From IMG/VR virus record IMGVR_UViG_3300020477_000024, positions 1-61,164 of that record: DNA of 61,164 bases. One strand, written 5' to 3'. Both the position numbers and the translations under genes were made by a program. Below are positions 41,050 to 49,472 of this stretch, piece by piece. The notes below the pieces were generated by a model, which saw nothing but the letters and a program-made list of their open reading frames with translations, did not search any database and was not told the origin of the DNA. Source of the stretch: a virus. Taxonomy: Duplodnaviria > Caudoviricetes. Numbering within the stretch: position 1 is the stretch's first letter; each line of letters opens with the position of its first letter.

Positions 41050-43329
41050 ATGGCAGACGAAAGAAGTATAGAACAAATAAAAGGTGAACTTCGGCAAGAA
41101 GAAGAAAATCTACAAGCATTGCGTAAAAAATATCTTGGTACTGCCATCAAAGATTACGAAGATAGCATTCGTGATTTAGAAAAAATAAAGGCAGAAGAAG
41201 AAGCATATACCAAAGCAGTTACAGATGCCTTGATAGAAAAAACCATTGCTCAAGACGTATTAAAAGATCAACAAGATGAACTTGCAAAGGCACAACAAGA
41301 AAATGATGAAGCAAAAATATCTCAACTTCAAACTGAAATAAGTAACTCGCAACGAGAAGTCGATCTGGCAAGTCAGGCACATACAATTGCAGTTGAATCA
41401 CAGAAGAAAGAACAAGAACAAAGAGAAAAATTAGCAGAAAATTTAGAAAAAAATGTAGCATCTATGGATGCTCAACTTCGTAAGAAGAAAGATTTCGTAG
41501 AACAAGAACAAAAAATATCTGGTCTGCAAACAGAACAACAAGAATCAGAAGATTTTTCCGATTCTATCAGTACCTTCGGTGAAACTATTGATAACTTTTA
41601 TCAAACTTTACAAGGAACTTCTCTTGCTTCCAATGAAGAGGAACCGTCATGGGTCAAAGTAATCGTTGGAGCAATTTTATCCGCATCACCACAATCCGAT
41701 CCATTTCGTTTAGAAAAGGCAAGAGAAGAACAAACAGCAAGAGCAAATACACAACAAACCATTGAAGAAATAAGAGATAATACAGAAGACATTGCTGATT
41801 CTATAGACGATATAGATACAGATGTAGGTGGAAAAGGTATTAGTGGATTCTTGGCACTTCTTGCTGGAGCTGCTTTTGGTTTTATTTCAGAAATTGTAAA
41901 GCAAGTTTGGGCAGTAGCAAAAGGTCTTGGTAAATTATTTAAACTTATTGGTGGTGGTATAAAAACTGCATTCACCAAAGTCTTTGGTGGACTGATTACT
42001 AAAATAAAGAGTTTCATACCTCAATCAGTTTTTGACAAAATTGATGAAGGGGTAGACATTTTCAGGGGATTTGTGAGTAGAATTCGCAACTTCTTTGGTA
42101 GATTTATGCCAATCGCAAATGCAGCTGATGATGTCGGGGATGCCGCTAAAGGTGGTTTGGGCATTTTTAAAAGAATAAAGGGATTTTTCAGTATTTTTGA
42201 TGACCTGATAAAACCCCTCAGATCAATGTTTAAATTGGGTGCTAGTGTAGGTACAAAAATAGGTAGGGTTTTAGGCCCAATAGGATTGATAATTACTGTA
42301 ATAGACGCAACCTTTAAAGGTGTAAAGGGTTTAATATCAGGATTCAAAGAAGATGGTATTCTTGGTGGAATCAAAGGTGCAATAATGGGAATTTTTGATT
42401 CTTTAGTCGGAAGTGTTGTCAATCTTGGTGCAGATATAATAGGATGGATGGTAAAGAAGTTAGGATTTGAAAATACGGGTCAGAAAATCATGGATTTCGA
42501 TTTCATGAATATCGTAAGTGGATTACTTGATGCTATATTGACTCCATTTAGAACAATCCAAGAGATAAGTGCATTAATAACACAAACCTTTGCTGGATTC
42601 AATCCACTAGATGCGATCAAAAATGCTATTGTTGCACTAACCCCTAATATATTCGGTTTAAAGGAGTTTGTTGCAACTCAAATGGGAACAACAGTTGAAG
42701 AAGCAACGGCAAAAAATGAAGAAAATAAAGAAAAATTTGTAGAATTTGGTAGTAAAGTCAAAGAAATCATTGCAAGACGAATTGTCAACCTTGTACCAAA
42801 AGCATTTGGCATAAGAGAAAAATTTGCAGAACTTCTTAATGTTCCCCTCGATGATACTGGTAGTGCTATTAATCAAAGTGAAATAAAACGAGAAAACGAT
42901 CTTGAAAATTTTGTTACGAATAGAATAAAAGAAGCAGAAGCAAAGGCACAAGCAGAAGGTGCAACAGAAGAAGAGATGATACTGGTAAAGTCCTTTGCAA
43001 AAGCAGATGCAAAAAAACAATTCGATGACAATTATGATAAATGGCAACAAGAAGGAAAAAACATAGTAAAAGAATCTGCCAATGCACTGAAAATAACTCA
43101 GGAAGAAATAGCAGATACACAAAAAAATATAATAGAAAAACATCAAGAAAATGTAGAAGGAAAAGAAAAGGCACAACGAAGTGGTTCTACAGCAATTAAT
43201 GCACCAACGAATGTCAATAACACCAATACTACAGTTTCGTCTGATACAATTGCTGTGCCTAGTGCTGTACAGGATGCACAATTTCTCCAAAACATGGCAG
43301 GGGATTTAGTAACTTCTCTAGGATGGTAA
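41050..43329 (+). CDS. Tape-measure / gp29-like tail length protein
   Basis: 759 aa: coiled-coil N-terminus, G/F/K amphipathic middle, INAPTNVNNTN C-terminal motif; follows gp26/gp51. Confidence 0.65.
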   Translation: MADERSIEQIKGELRQEEENLQALRKKYLGTAIKDYEDSIRDLEKIKAEEEAYTKAVTDALIEKTIAQDVLKDQQDELAKAQQENDEAKISQLQTEISNSQREVDLASQAHTIAVESQKKEQEQREKLAENLEKNVASMDAQLRKKKDFVEQEQKISGLQTEQQESEDFSDSISTFGETIDNFYQTLQGTSLASNEEEPSWVKVIVGAILSASPQSDPFRLEKAREEQTARANTQQTIEEIRDNTEDIADSIDDIDTDVGGKGISGFLALLAGAAFGFISEIVKQVWAVAKGLGKLFKLIGGGIKTAFTKVFGGLITKIKSFIPQSVFDKIDEGVDIFRGFVSRIRNFFGRFMPIANAADDVGDAAKGGLGIFKRIKGFFSIFDDLIKPLRSMFKLGASVGTKIGRVLGPIGLIITVIDATFKGVKGLISGFKEDGILGGIKGAIMGIFDSLVGSVVNLGADIIGWMVKKLGFENTGQKIMDFDFMNIVSGLLDAILTPFRTIQEISALITQTFAGFNPLDAIKNAIVALTPNIFGLKEFVATQMGTTVEEATAKNEENKEKFVEFGSKVKEIIARRIVNLVPKAFGIREKFAELLNVPLDDTGSAINQSEIKRENDLENFVTNRIKEAEAKAQAEGATEEEMILVKSFAKADAKKQFDDNYDKWQQEGKNIVKESANALKITQEEIADTQKNIIEKHQENVEGKEKAQRSGSTAINAPTNVNNTNTTVSSDTIAVPSAVQDAQFLQNMAGDLVTSLGW

Positions 43330-43357
43330 AAAAATGCCCACCATTTCTGGTGGGCAT
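43328..43357 (-). terminator. Intrinsic terminator at the convergence point
   Basis: 10-bp stem ATGCCCACCA-tttc-TGGTGGGCAT with a U-tract on the minus strand, downstream of gp32. Confidence 0.8.
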
Positions 43358-43385
43358 CCGAAAATATTTAGAAATTATATGAATG

Positions 43386-44255
43386 TTATACGTTATCTGC
43401 CAATTTCTCAAAATACGATAATGTATCTTCAGAACCTTCAGCAGTTGATGAATAATTATCCGAAACTGATTCTAATAAATCTTCTTCTGGTGTTGGTTCT
43501 GGTGCAGAGAATGAGGTAGTCTGCAAACCAAGCACACGATCAAGTTTACTTTTCAGTTCGTCATAAGGTTTAAACTTATCCTCTGAAACGAGTTCCTGTA
43601 ACTTATATTGTTTGTTCCAAACTTCCTCTAATTTGGCATCATCGTCAAACAAAGCAGTTGGTCGGTCAAATTCCGAACGGTCATAATTCGGCCAACCATC
43701 CAATTGTCGAATCTTCAACCTAAAATTTGCACCTTCCCATAAATCAAACGGATTGACAGGTGTTTCATCCGCAAATTCTGGACTCATAATATCGGTAATT
43801 TTTTCGTGGATCTTCTTTCCATATTTAAACAGTTTCACCTGACCATTATTTGCTGGATTTGCAGGATCTTCGAGAACAAGTATGTTACTATAATACTCTA
43901 ACCTACGTTTCTGCTTTCTTGCCTGATCTTTCCCTGCATCAGTACCATTATTCCACAATGAACTATTAAATTCACTAACTGGATCTTTTTCATTGAGAGT
44001 TGTTCGAGAATTCTCGATATACCAACCTCCTGGCCCTTGAAATCCATGTGTAAATAAACGAACCCAAGGCGTGTTCTCACCATCTGATGGTGGAAGGAAA
44101 CGAATAATTGCAGAACCAGTACCAGACTTATCTCTAGTTACTTTCCACATCCGTTCGTCTTCGTAATTATTTGTTTGCTGAGATTTTTCCAACTGTTGGG
44201 TAAGATTTGCTAGTTGGGATTGACGATTTTTCTTTAATGATTGAAATCCTGACAT
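43386..44255 (-). CDS. gp32: Single-stranded DNA-binding protein gp32
   Basis: D.R.WK...DKSG.G.A.IRFLP, HGFQGPGGWYIENS.TT, NPFD.WEGANF.LKIR, NYD.SEF and acidic tail LSYFEKLA. Confidence 0.96.
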   Translation of the reverse strand: MSGFQSLKKNRQSQLANLTQQLEKSQQTNNYEDERMWKVTRDKSGTGSAIIRFLPPSDGENTPWVRLFTHGFQGPGGWYIENSRTTLNEKDPVSEFNSSLWNNGTDAGKDQARKQKRRLEYYSNILVLEDPANPANNGQVKLFKYGKKIHEKITDIMSPEFADETPVNPFDLWEGANFRLKIRQLDGWPNYDRSEFDRPTALFDDDAKLEEVWNKQYKLQELVSEDKFKPYDELKSKLDRVLGLQTTSFSAPEPTPEEDLLESVSDNYSSTAEGSEDTLSYFEKLADNV

Positions 44256-44333
44256 GTTATATACCTCTTATTTGCGTTGTATGCGTTATATACGTTGTGT
44301 ACGAATTGTCCAAATCAATTTTTGAACATTACT

Positions 44334-44362
44334 ATTATATCACAAAAATCCCTGAAAGTCAA
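44334..44362 (-). promoter_or_regulatory. Sigma70-type promoter for gp32
   Basis: TTGACT-17 nt-TATAAT. Confidence 0.8.
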
Positions 44363-44369
44363 GGTTAAT

Positions 44370-44630
44370 TTAAATGGGCAAACTAGTCGTTCTTGGGAGC
44401 AGATTCAATGCCCTTGCTTCTGCTTCAAGTTTTTGTTTTAACGTTATATTTATAAGTTTCGGTACAATATCCAATTCAATTTCATGTTCATCTGAATAAC
44501 CTATAACCGCATCAATATAACTTACATCATGTGTTTGAACGTATTGTTCAACACCAACCGCAAAACTGCTTGGTTGGTGTTGAGTTGTGATTTCCACGAA
44601 TTCAGATTCGGTCAAACCTTTACTATTCAT
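44370..44630 (-). CDS. gp33: Late transcription coactivator gp33
   Basis: F...VE..V......YIDAV..Y......E...V.KLI...LK.KL..EA..LN.L motif; upstream of gp32. Confidence 0.85.
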   Translation of the reverse strand: MNSKGLTESEFVEITTQHQPSSFAVGVEQYVQTHDVSYIDAVIGYSDEHEIELDIVPKLINITLKQKLEAEARALNLLPRTTSLPI

Positions 44631-44632
44631 TA

Positions 44633-45544
44633 TTATCCTTGTAGAAGTTGAAGTACACCAGCAGATAGTTGTTGTGCTTGTGCCATCAACGCAATTGCTG
44701 TTTGTTGTTCAATTCGATAACCTGTCAATTTTGCCATTTCAGATGCTTCATCGAAGTCATTGATAGTGGAAATTGCTTCTTCGTTTATTCCAATCATTCT
44801 CTCCATATGTGAAATAGTAAAGTCAAACCGTTCGATTTTAGAAATCTGGTTAGACCGTTCTAATTCTAACGTATCTAGTGCGTCCTCTAATCGAGAAACA
44901 GCATTTTGTGCATTCTCTACACTATTAAGTGTTGCAACGGGAACATTAATTTCATCACCTTCAGCATAAACACCACCATTTCCATTGTCTTGACCTATTA
45001 ATGGATTATTTGCTTCTAATGTATGAGTATATGCACCAATACCCAAACCACTCAAAGTCAAATCACCTAATGAAACATCAATCGTTTGATCTTCATTAGC
45101 ACCATCAATAGTAATTTGCCTAGAACCAAAGGAACCGTCAATCAATTCAGTTCCGTCATATTCGGTATTCTTTGCTACATAATCAATCTCTTTTAACAGT
45201 TCATTGAATTCTGTAACAAGACTTGCACGATGCGTATCTGTTATCTGGTCATCCTGTGCTTTAGTTGCCAGTTCTTTTAATTTGGTTACAACTGATGTTA
45301 TCGAATCCGTACCAGCAAGTGCTGTCTGTAACAAATCCTGATTTGTCTTGACAACTCTATTGGCAGTCTGTAAAGTATGAATGGTATTATTAATTCTACC
45401 CAACTTTACTTTATCAGCAGAACTTAGGTCTGCTGTTCCTGATGCCAACTTTTCCATGCTCTTTTCGATCATTTTAGTTGCTTCTTGATACCGACCTAAT
45501 GTTTTTGCTGTCAAACCACTTAGCATACAATTCTCCGCTTTCAT
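44633..45544 (-). CDS. Flagellin-like protein
   Basis: SMEKLASG, KLKELATKA, R.SL..EF.EL..EID..A.NT.YDG..LIDGS, AQ.A...L..ALD, S.I.D.D.A.EMA.L, Q.A.A.MAQA and VLQLL cover the flagellin N- and C-terminal helical domains. Confidence 0.9.
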   Translation of the reverse strand: MKAENCMLSGLTAKTLGRYQEATKMIEKSMEKLASGTADLSSADKVKLGRINNTIHTLQTANRVVKTNQDLLQTALAGTDSITSVVTKLKELATKAQDDQITDTHRASLVTEFNELLKEIDYVAKNTEYDGTELIDGSFGSRQITIDGANEDQTIDVSLGDLTLSGLGIGAYTHTLEANNPLIGQDNGNGGVYAEGDEINVPVATLNSVENAQNAVSRLEDALDTLELERSNQISKIERFDFTISHMERMIGINEEAISTINDFDEASEMAKLTGYRIEQQTAIALMAQAQQLSAGVLQLLQG

Positions 45545-45558
45545 TTGTTTTTATGTTG

Positions 45559-45768
45559 TTATACCGTAACATCTAATAGACTACCCACAGACTTCACACC
45601 ACCACTAGTACTAGTTTCCTGTACTGATTCTTGGTGCTTTTCACGTTCGTGAGTTGCCAGTTCTACTTTCATGTTCAATCGTGCAGCTTGTTTTGCTGAT
45701 TGAACCTCTTGATACACTTCATAGTAATCTACCGCAGTAGTTTTTCGTAACCCGTAAGTGTTTATCAT
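45559..45768 (-). CDS. YjfB-like putative motility protein
   Basis: 69 aa helical protein ending GSLLDVTV (G..[IL]D..[VA] terminus); AAGGAG RBS. Confidence 0.5.
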   Translation of the reverse strand: MINTYGLRKTTAVDYYEVYQEVQSAKQAARLNMKVELATHEREKHQESVQETSTSGGVKSVGSLLDVTV

Positions 45769-46028
45769 ATTCTCTCCTTATAGATATACCAAGTTATGAC
45801 ACATACTACTGTCATAATAAAACCTGATGAATAATTGAACGTCAACCAAAATGCATCCAACCCTTTCATCAATACATATCCTAGACCACATAAGTAACCT
45901 AGACCATTTATCAAAAGCATAATCAGACTAACATCGTCCGATTTTTTTCTTCGGATCATTTTTACAATTTGCGGTACATATGCAATGCTAAATGATACCG
46001 ATAAAATTATACCTAATATATTTGCCAT
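45765..46028 (-). CDS. SemiSWEET / PQ-loop 3-TM transporter
   Basis: 87 aa, three hydrophobic helices, YVPQIVK..R.K...DVS and a conserved Asn in TM3. Confidence 0.85.
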   Translation of the reverse strand: MANILGIILSVSFSIAYVPQIVKMIRRKKSDDVSLIMLLINGLGYLCGLGYVLMKGLDAFWLTFNYSSGFIMTVVCVITWYIYKERI

Positions 46029-46122
46029 ATGTTTTTAAATCGTGCCACACTATTATATCCCATAGGTAGTGTGGCTTACCTTCGTTATACCGCTTGGGTT
46101 GCTATAACTCTTGGGGTACAAC

Positions 46123-46395
46123 TTAAAATGTATTCCCTTCGGAATCCATTTCATAATCAGACGATGAGATAGTAATCTCTTTGTCTGAAATCGGTGAAAC
46201 TTGAAAATTGGAAGATGGTGTAATTGTCAAATCAGGCAAAACAGAAGTGTTCGTGGTTGTCTGTGGTGTACGAATATTGACAATTGCATAATCAAGCAAT
46301 TCCTTAACCTCTTGTACATTGTTTGCTTGTATCTCTACCTCAAATTTGGGATTCATCGCATCAATTCTCATTGAGATTTTTGAATCATTTTCCAT
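46123..46395 (-). CDS. Hypothetical protein
   Basis: Likely start MENDSK at 46395 with GGGAG RBS. Confidence 0.65.
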   Translation of the reverse strand: MENDSKISMRIDAMNPKFEVEIQANNVQEVKELLDYAIVNIRTPQTTTNTSVLPDLTITPSSNFQVSPISDKEITISSSDYEMDSEGNTF

Positions 46396-46423
46396 TTTTT
46401 TATTTCTCCCCTTCAACGACTAT

Positions 46424-46452
46424 ATTATACCATATTTATATGTCGTTGTCAA
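46424..46452 (-). promoter_or_regulatory. Consensus sigma70 promoter with a nested late promoter
   Basis: TTGACA-17 nt-TATAAT; TATAAATA at 46433-46440 inside the spacer. Confidence 0.85.
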
Positions 46453-46464
46453 GAAAAATCGACT

Positions 46465-46923
46465 TTACTTGCCAACTTTTTTTGTCGGTGAATCTTCTAA
46501 ACTATATTGGTATTTCTTTTCCAGTGATTCCAAATCTTTCAACATCATATCAAATTCATAATCAGATAGTTCAACACTATCAGGATGATTATAATAAAGG
46601 TTATTGTGATAATTCAATTCTTTGGTAAGTTCTTCTATTCGTTTTTTTGCTGTAGGACTGTCCATATCAGCAATATTAGAATCAAAATTTGCTTGGGTTT
46701 CTGACCCTACAACCTTTGATTCCTGTTTCTTTAATGGTGGTGGATCAAAAACTGCTGGTTTGTTCTGTTTTAGTTCTTCAACAAACTGATCGAAGTAATC
46801 ATTACCTTTTATTTCAATCAATCTCTGAATCCAAATATTTCCTTTGACTAGATTCTGCATCCCACCATGATCGTAGACTTCTTTTATTAGTGATTTAACA
46901 TAACTAACTTCATCAATTTTCAT
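46465..46923 (-). CDS. Protein with a stand-alone NAD-ligase domain Ia at the C-terminus
   Basis: RIEEL..ELNYHN.LYY......SD.EFD.....L..LE......DSPT.KVG matches the LigA N-terminus; no KxDG adenylation domain. Confidence 0.8.
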   Translation of the reverse strand: MKIDEVSYVKSLIKEVYDHGGMQNLVKGNIWIQRLIEIKGNDYFDQFVEELKQNKPAVFDPPPLKKQESKVVGSETQANFDSNIADMDSPTAKKRIEELTKELNYHNNLYYNHPDSVELSDYEFDMMLKDLESLEKKYQYSLEDSPTKKVGK

Positions 46924-46932
46924 ATTCTATAA

Positions 46933-46985
46933 CCCTTACCCCTTACATTATATTAGACGCACAAACTGCCCAAAAGGTTTAGGTC
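46933..46985 (-). promoter_or_regulatory. Repeated ECF-sigma-like promoter, copy 1
   Basis: CCTAAACCTTT...GTGCGTCTAA followed by TGTAAGGGGTAAGGG. Confidence 0.65.
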
Positions 46986-46998
46986 TTTTTCACTTTTT

Positions 46999-47325
46999 TT
47001 AAAAATCGTGTAGATATTTTGAATTGGTTCTACGTTCTCTTTTTTCCTCAATCCGTTCTATGTCCTTTTCTTGTTCTTCGTTTAGGTGCTTTTTATGTTC
47101 ATCTCGCAAATCCCCTGCCATAGCAGTAACTCTACCAATTTTCATTAGAATTACAAACACTGAAGCGGCACTTGCTCCACCAACACCCATAAAAAATTCT
47201 TCACCTACACCCTCGAACTCAGACATTACAGGTAGGAGCAATGCAATCCAACCTGTAATCCCTGCAGCTCCATGCCAATCAGACTTATGGGTCTTATCTA
47301 TCTTTTCCTCTAAATGTTTTGGCAT
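46999..47325 (-). CDS. Membrane protein (two TM helices, charged C-terminus; holin-like topology)
   Basis: 108 aa with two hydrophobic segments. Confidence 0.6.
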   Translation of the reverse strand: MPKHLEEKIDKTHKSDWHGAAGITGWIALLLPVMSEFEGVGEEFFMGVGGASAASVFVILMKIGRVTAMAGDLRDEHKKHLNEEQEKDIERIEEKRERRTNSKYLHDF

Positions 47326-47334
47326 GATTCATCA

Positions 47335-47730
47335 CTATTCACCTCTGGTAACAGTCAAAATCTTCTGAATTTGTGCTTCAACAATCTCTTTCCTGTTAGG
47401 CCAGTGTATATAAGGATTGGTATCCGAATTTTTTGCTAGATTTAGTAGTAAAGGAATGGTTAATTTTTCGACTTGTTTCATTCGTTCTGCATAAGCAGTA
47501 TAAAGTTCTTGTTTTTTCATATCAATCTCTTCTTGATTTTTTAGTTCAAGAACAGATTTCATATATTCCAATGTATTTTCAATATCACCTAAACGTTGAG
47601 TTACACCTTCAGAACTGGCAGATACCTGTTCTAGTTTTTCCGTCTGCATCTTATTCTGTTCAACTTGATCTGAACTAACAGAAGTAATACCAAAATCGAA
47701 ATCTGTATCAAAATCTAAATTAAAGTCCAT
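47335..47730 (-). CDS. Conserved T4-like hypothetical protein
   Basis: DFDFG, coiled coil, PLL.NL.K....YI.WPNR motif; follows the exonuclease. Confidence 0.7.
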   Translation of the reverse strand: MDFNLDFDTDFDFGITSVSSDQVEQNKMQTEKLEQVSASSEGVTQRLGDIENTLEYMKSVLELKNQEEIDMKKQELYTAYAERMKQVEKLTIPLLLNLAKNSDTNPYIHWPNRKEIVEAQIQKILTVTRGE

Positions 47731-48391
47731 TTGAATATACCTCGTAATAGTACTTGATAGAACCTAATAGATGTTCCGACCAATTATCACGATGCTCTAG
47801 GAAAATCTGTGGATTATCATCCGCAACTGTGATAAGAACAACTAACTGTGTAATAGGAATACCCGTTCTTTCTTCCCACATGATAGAATACGCACATGCT
47901 TGTTGGAAATAATCGGTAATCCATTCTCGTTTTTTGGGTTTTTTCGATGTTTTAAAATCTATAATCGACAATTTTCCATTATACTCAGCAACACAGTCAA
48001 CACGACCAGCAGTTTTTAAGTAATCTGACCACAAACAAACTTCCTGTGCATGTATGTTATTAATATTTTCTTTGAGAATCGGCATCAATGGTATAAACAT
48101 ATCCATTGATATAAAATCACTTTCACTTTCAAAATCGAAATCATTATTCAAATAATCCTCTACCATTTCATGAACTCTGGAACCAATTCTAATTGAACGA
48201 GTAGAAATTTTATCTGCCTTTTCCTCTCCGATTCGTTTCTTCCACTTTTTAATACCGTCTATTTTATCAGGGTTTTTACCCAATATAGTAGTGATGGATG
48301 GGTACTTTTCAGTACCCACCACATAATGTCTATTTCCGTTTATCTCCTCAGTTAGTAATTCATCCAAAGAGTGTCCAACATGTTTAAACAT
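47720..48391 (-). CDS. PD-(D/E)XK exonuclease
   Basis: YPSITT, G..VH...E, AGRVDC.AEY.G.LS.IDFKTS and YF.Q..AY motifs. Confidence 0.88.
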   Translation of the reverse strand: MFKHVGHSLDELLTEEINGNRHYVVGTEKYPSITTILGKNPDKIDGIKKWKKRIGEEKADKISTRSIRIGSRVHEMVEDYLNNDFDFESESDFISMDMFIPLMPILKENINNIHAQEVCLWSDYLKTAGRVDCVAEYNGKLSIIDFKTSKKPKKREWITDYFQQACAYSIMWEERTGIPITQLVVLITVADDNPQIFLEHRDNWSEHLLGSIKYYYEVYSNGL

Positions 48392-48395
48392 ATTA

Positions 48396-49193
48396 TTATC
48401 CTAAATTGAAACAACGTCTAATCCAACCCCTAATAAATTTCTGCTGAGAATTTCTTTTTCCGTAAAAAGACCCAACAAATACTAAGTTCCAATAAAACCC
48501 TGACCGTTCGACTTGAACTTCCCAAAGTTTCAACTTGGATGCTTCTCTTATTGTATTCGGGCCAATAGCACCATCAACATCAATGTTCCCACCCTTCGCA
48601 TTGACAGCAGTTTGTAGAATCTTGACTGCATTCCGTTGACCATGATTGACACACATATCGAAGTAAATCTCTCTGATTTCTTCGGGTAGTTTTTCTGCCT
48701 GTGATGGAATCCAGAATTCTTCTTTGTACAATGCAATTGCTTGTTCTCTGGTAAAATTTCGTACATCTTCACTAGTGAATTCATCCTCAAGGTGGTCTTC
48801 CCATACTGCTTGAGTTACGCCCCAATTAGTAGCTCCGCCTCGGTCATCTGGATCGTCCACAAAACCGCCTTCATGTGCTAATACCACTTCAATAATTTCT
48901 TCAAATGTTGTTTTCATTGTATTATCTCCTTTACTATATTCAACGATTGGTTCTGGTTCTGGTGCAGAATAATAATTTTCTGGTTCTGGCCAATCTGGTG
49001 CAGAATAATAATTTTCTTTCAGTTTTCTCAATACTGGATTTTCTTCTAAATGTCCTAACCATTGCTTTTCTGACATCTGACCCGATAACCAACAAGTTAA
49101 TAGGTCTTGTGCATTCTGTTCAGGACTTGGTTTTAAAACACCTTCTAATTTTTCAACCAACTTCTTCGATATTCTCTCCGATAGTAATTCCAT
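48396..49193 (-). CDS. GH108 lysozyme with peptidoglycan-binding segment (N-terminally extended)
   Basis: HEGGFVDDPDDRGGATNWGVT, FDM.VN.G, DG.IGP.T and KF.RGW..R motifs. Strong internal start at 48917. Confidence 0.88.
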   Translation of the reverse strand: MELLSERISKKLVEKLEGVLKPSPEQNAQDLLTCWLSGQMSEKQWLGHLEENPVLRKLKENYYSAPDWPEPENYYSAPEPEPIVEYSKGDNTMKTTFEEIIEVVLAHEGGFVDDPDDRGGATNWGVTQAVWEDHLEDEFTSEDVRNFTREQAIALYKEEFWIPSQAEKLPEEIREIYFDMCVNHGQRNAVKILQTAVNAKGGNIDVDGAIGPNTIREASKLKLWEVQVERSGFYWNLVFVGSFYGKRNSQQKFIRGWIRRCFNLG

Positions 49194-49194
49194 A

Positions 49195-49470
49195 CTATAC
49201 CTCAGTTATATTTTGACCATGACGACCCTGTTTCATATTCGGATGTGCTTTTTGTATTTCACGCAATCGGTTTTGTACATCACTTGGTGGTTTCGTTACA
49301 CCCATTCTGATACTATCAACAATTGCTGGTTGTCCAATCACCAATATAATGTTATCGGACGTACCGCAATTTGGACAAGGATTGTATCTAGGAACATTAC
49401 GACTGTCAACACTCTGTTGTTCTTCCCAAGTGTAGTCGCATTCCTTACATTTATAATCATAAAATGGCAT
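49195..49470 (-). CDS. FmdB-family zinc-ribbon protein
   Basis: MPFYDYKC..C...E...CP.CG motif. Confidence 0.85.
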   Translation of the reverse strand: MPFYDYKCKECDYTWEEQQSVDSRNVPRYNPCPNCGTSDNIILVIGQPAIVDSIRMGVTKPPSDVQNRLREIQKAHPNMKQGRHGQNITEV

Positions 49471-49472
49471 TA

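Noticed and set aside
44633-46028. Bacterial contamination or prophage boundary at the flagellin gene
   Set aside because: Only a 2-nt gap to gp33, same strand and composition, phage genes on both sides, and no other flagellar operon genes.
46465-46923. NAD-dependent DNA ligase or its pseudogene
   Set aside because: Only domain Ia is present, at the C-terminus, with no downstream ligase remnants.
47720-48391. Cas4 of a CRISPR system
   Set aside because: It lacks the Fe-S cysteine set and matches the common T4-like exonuclease.
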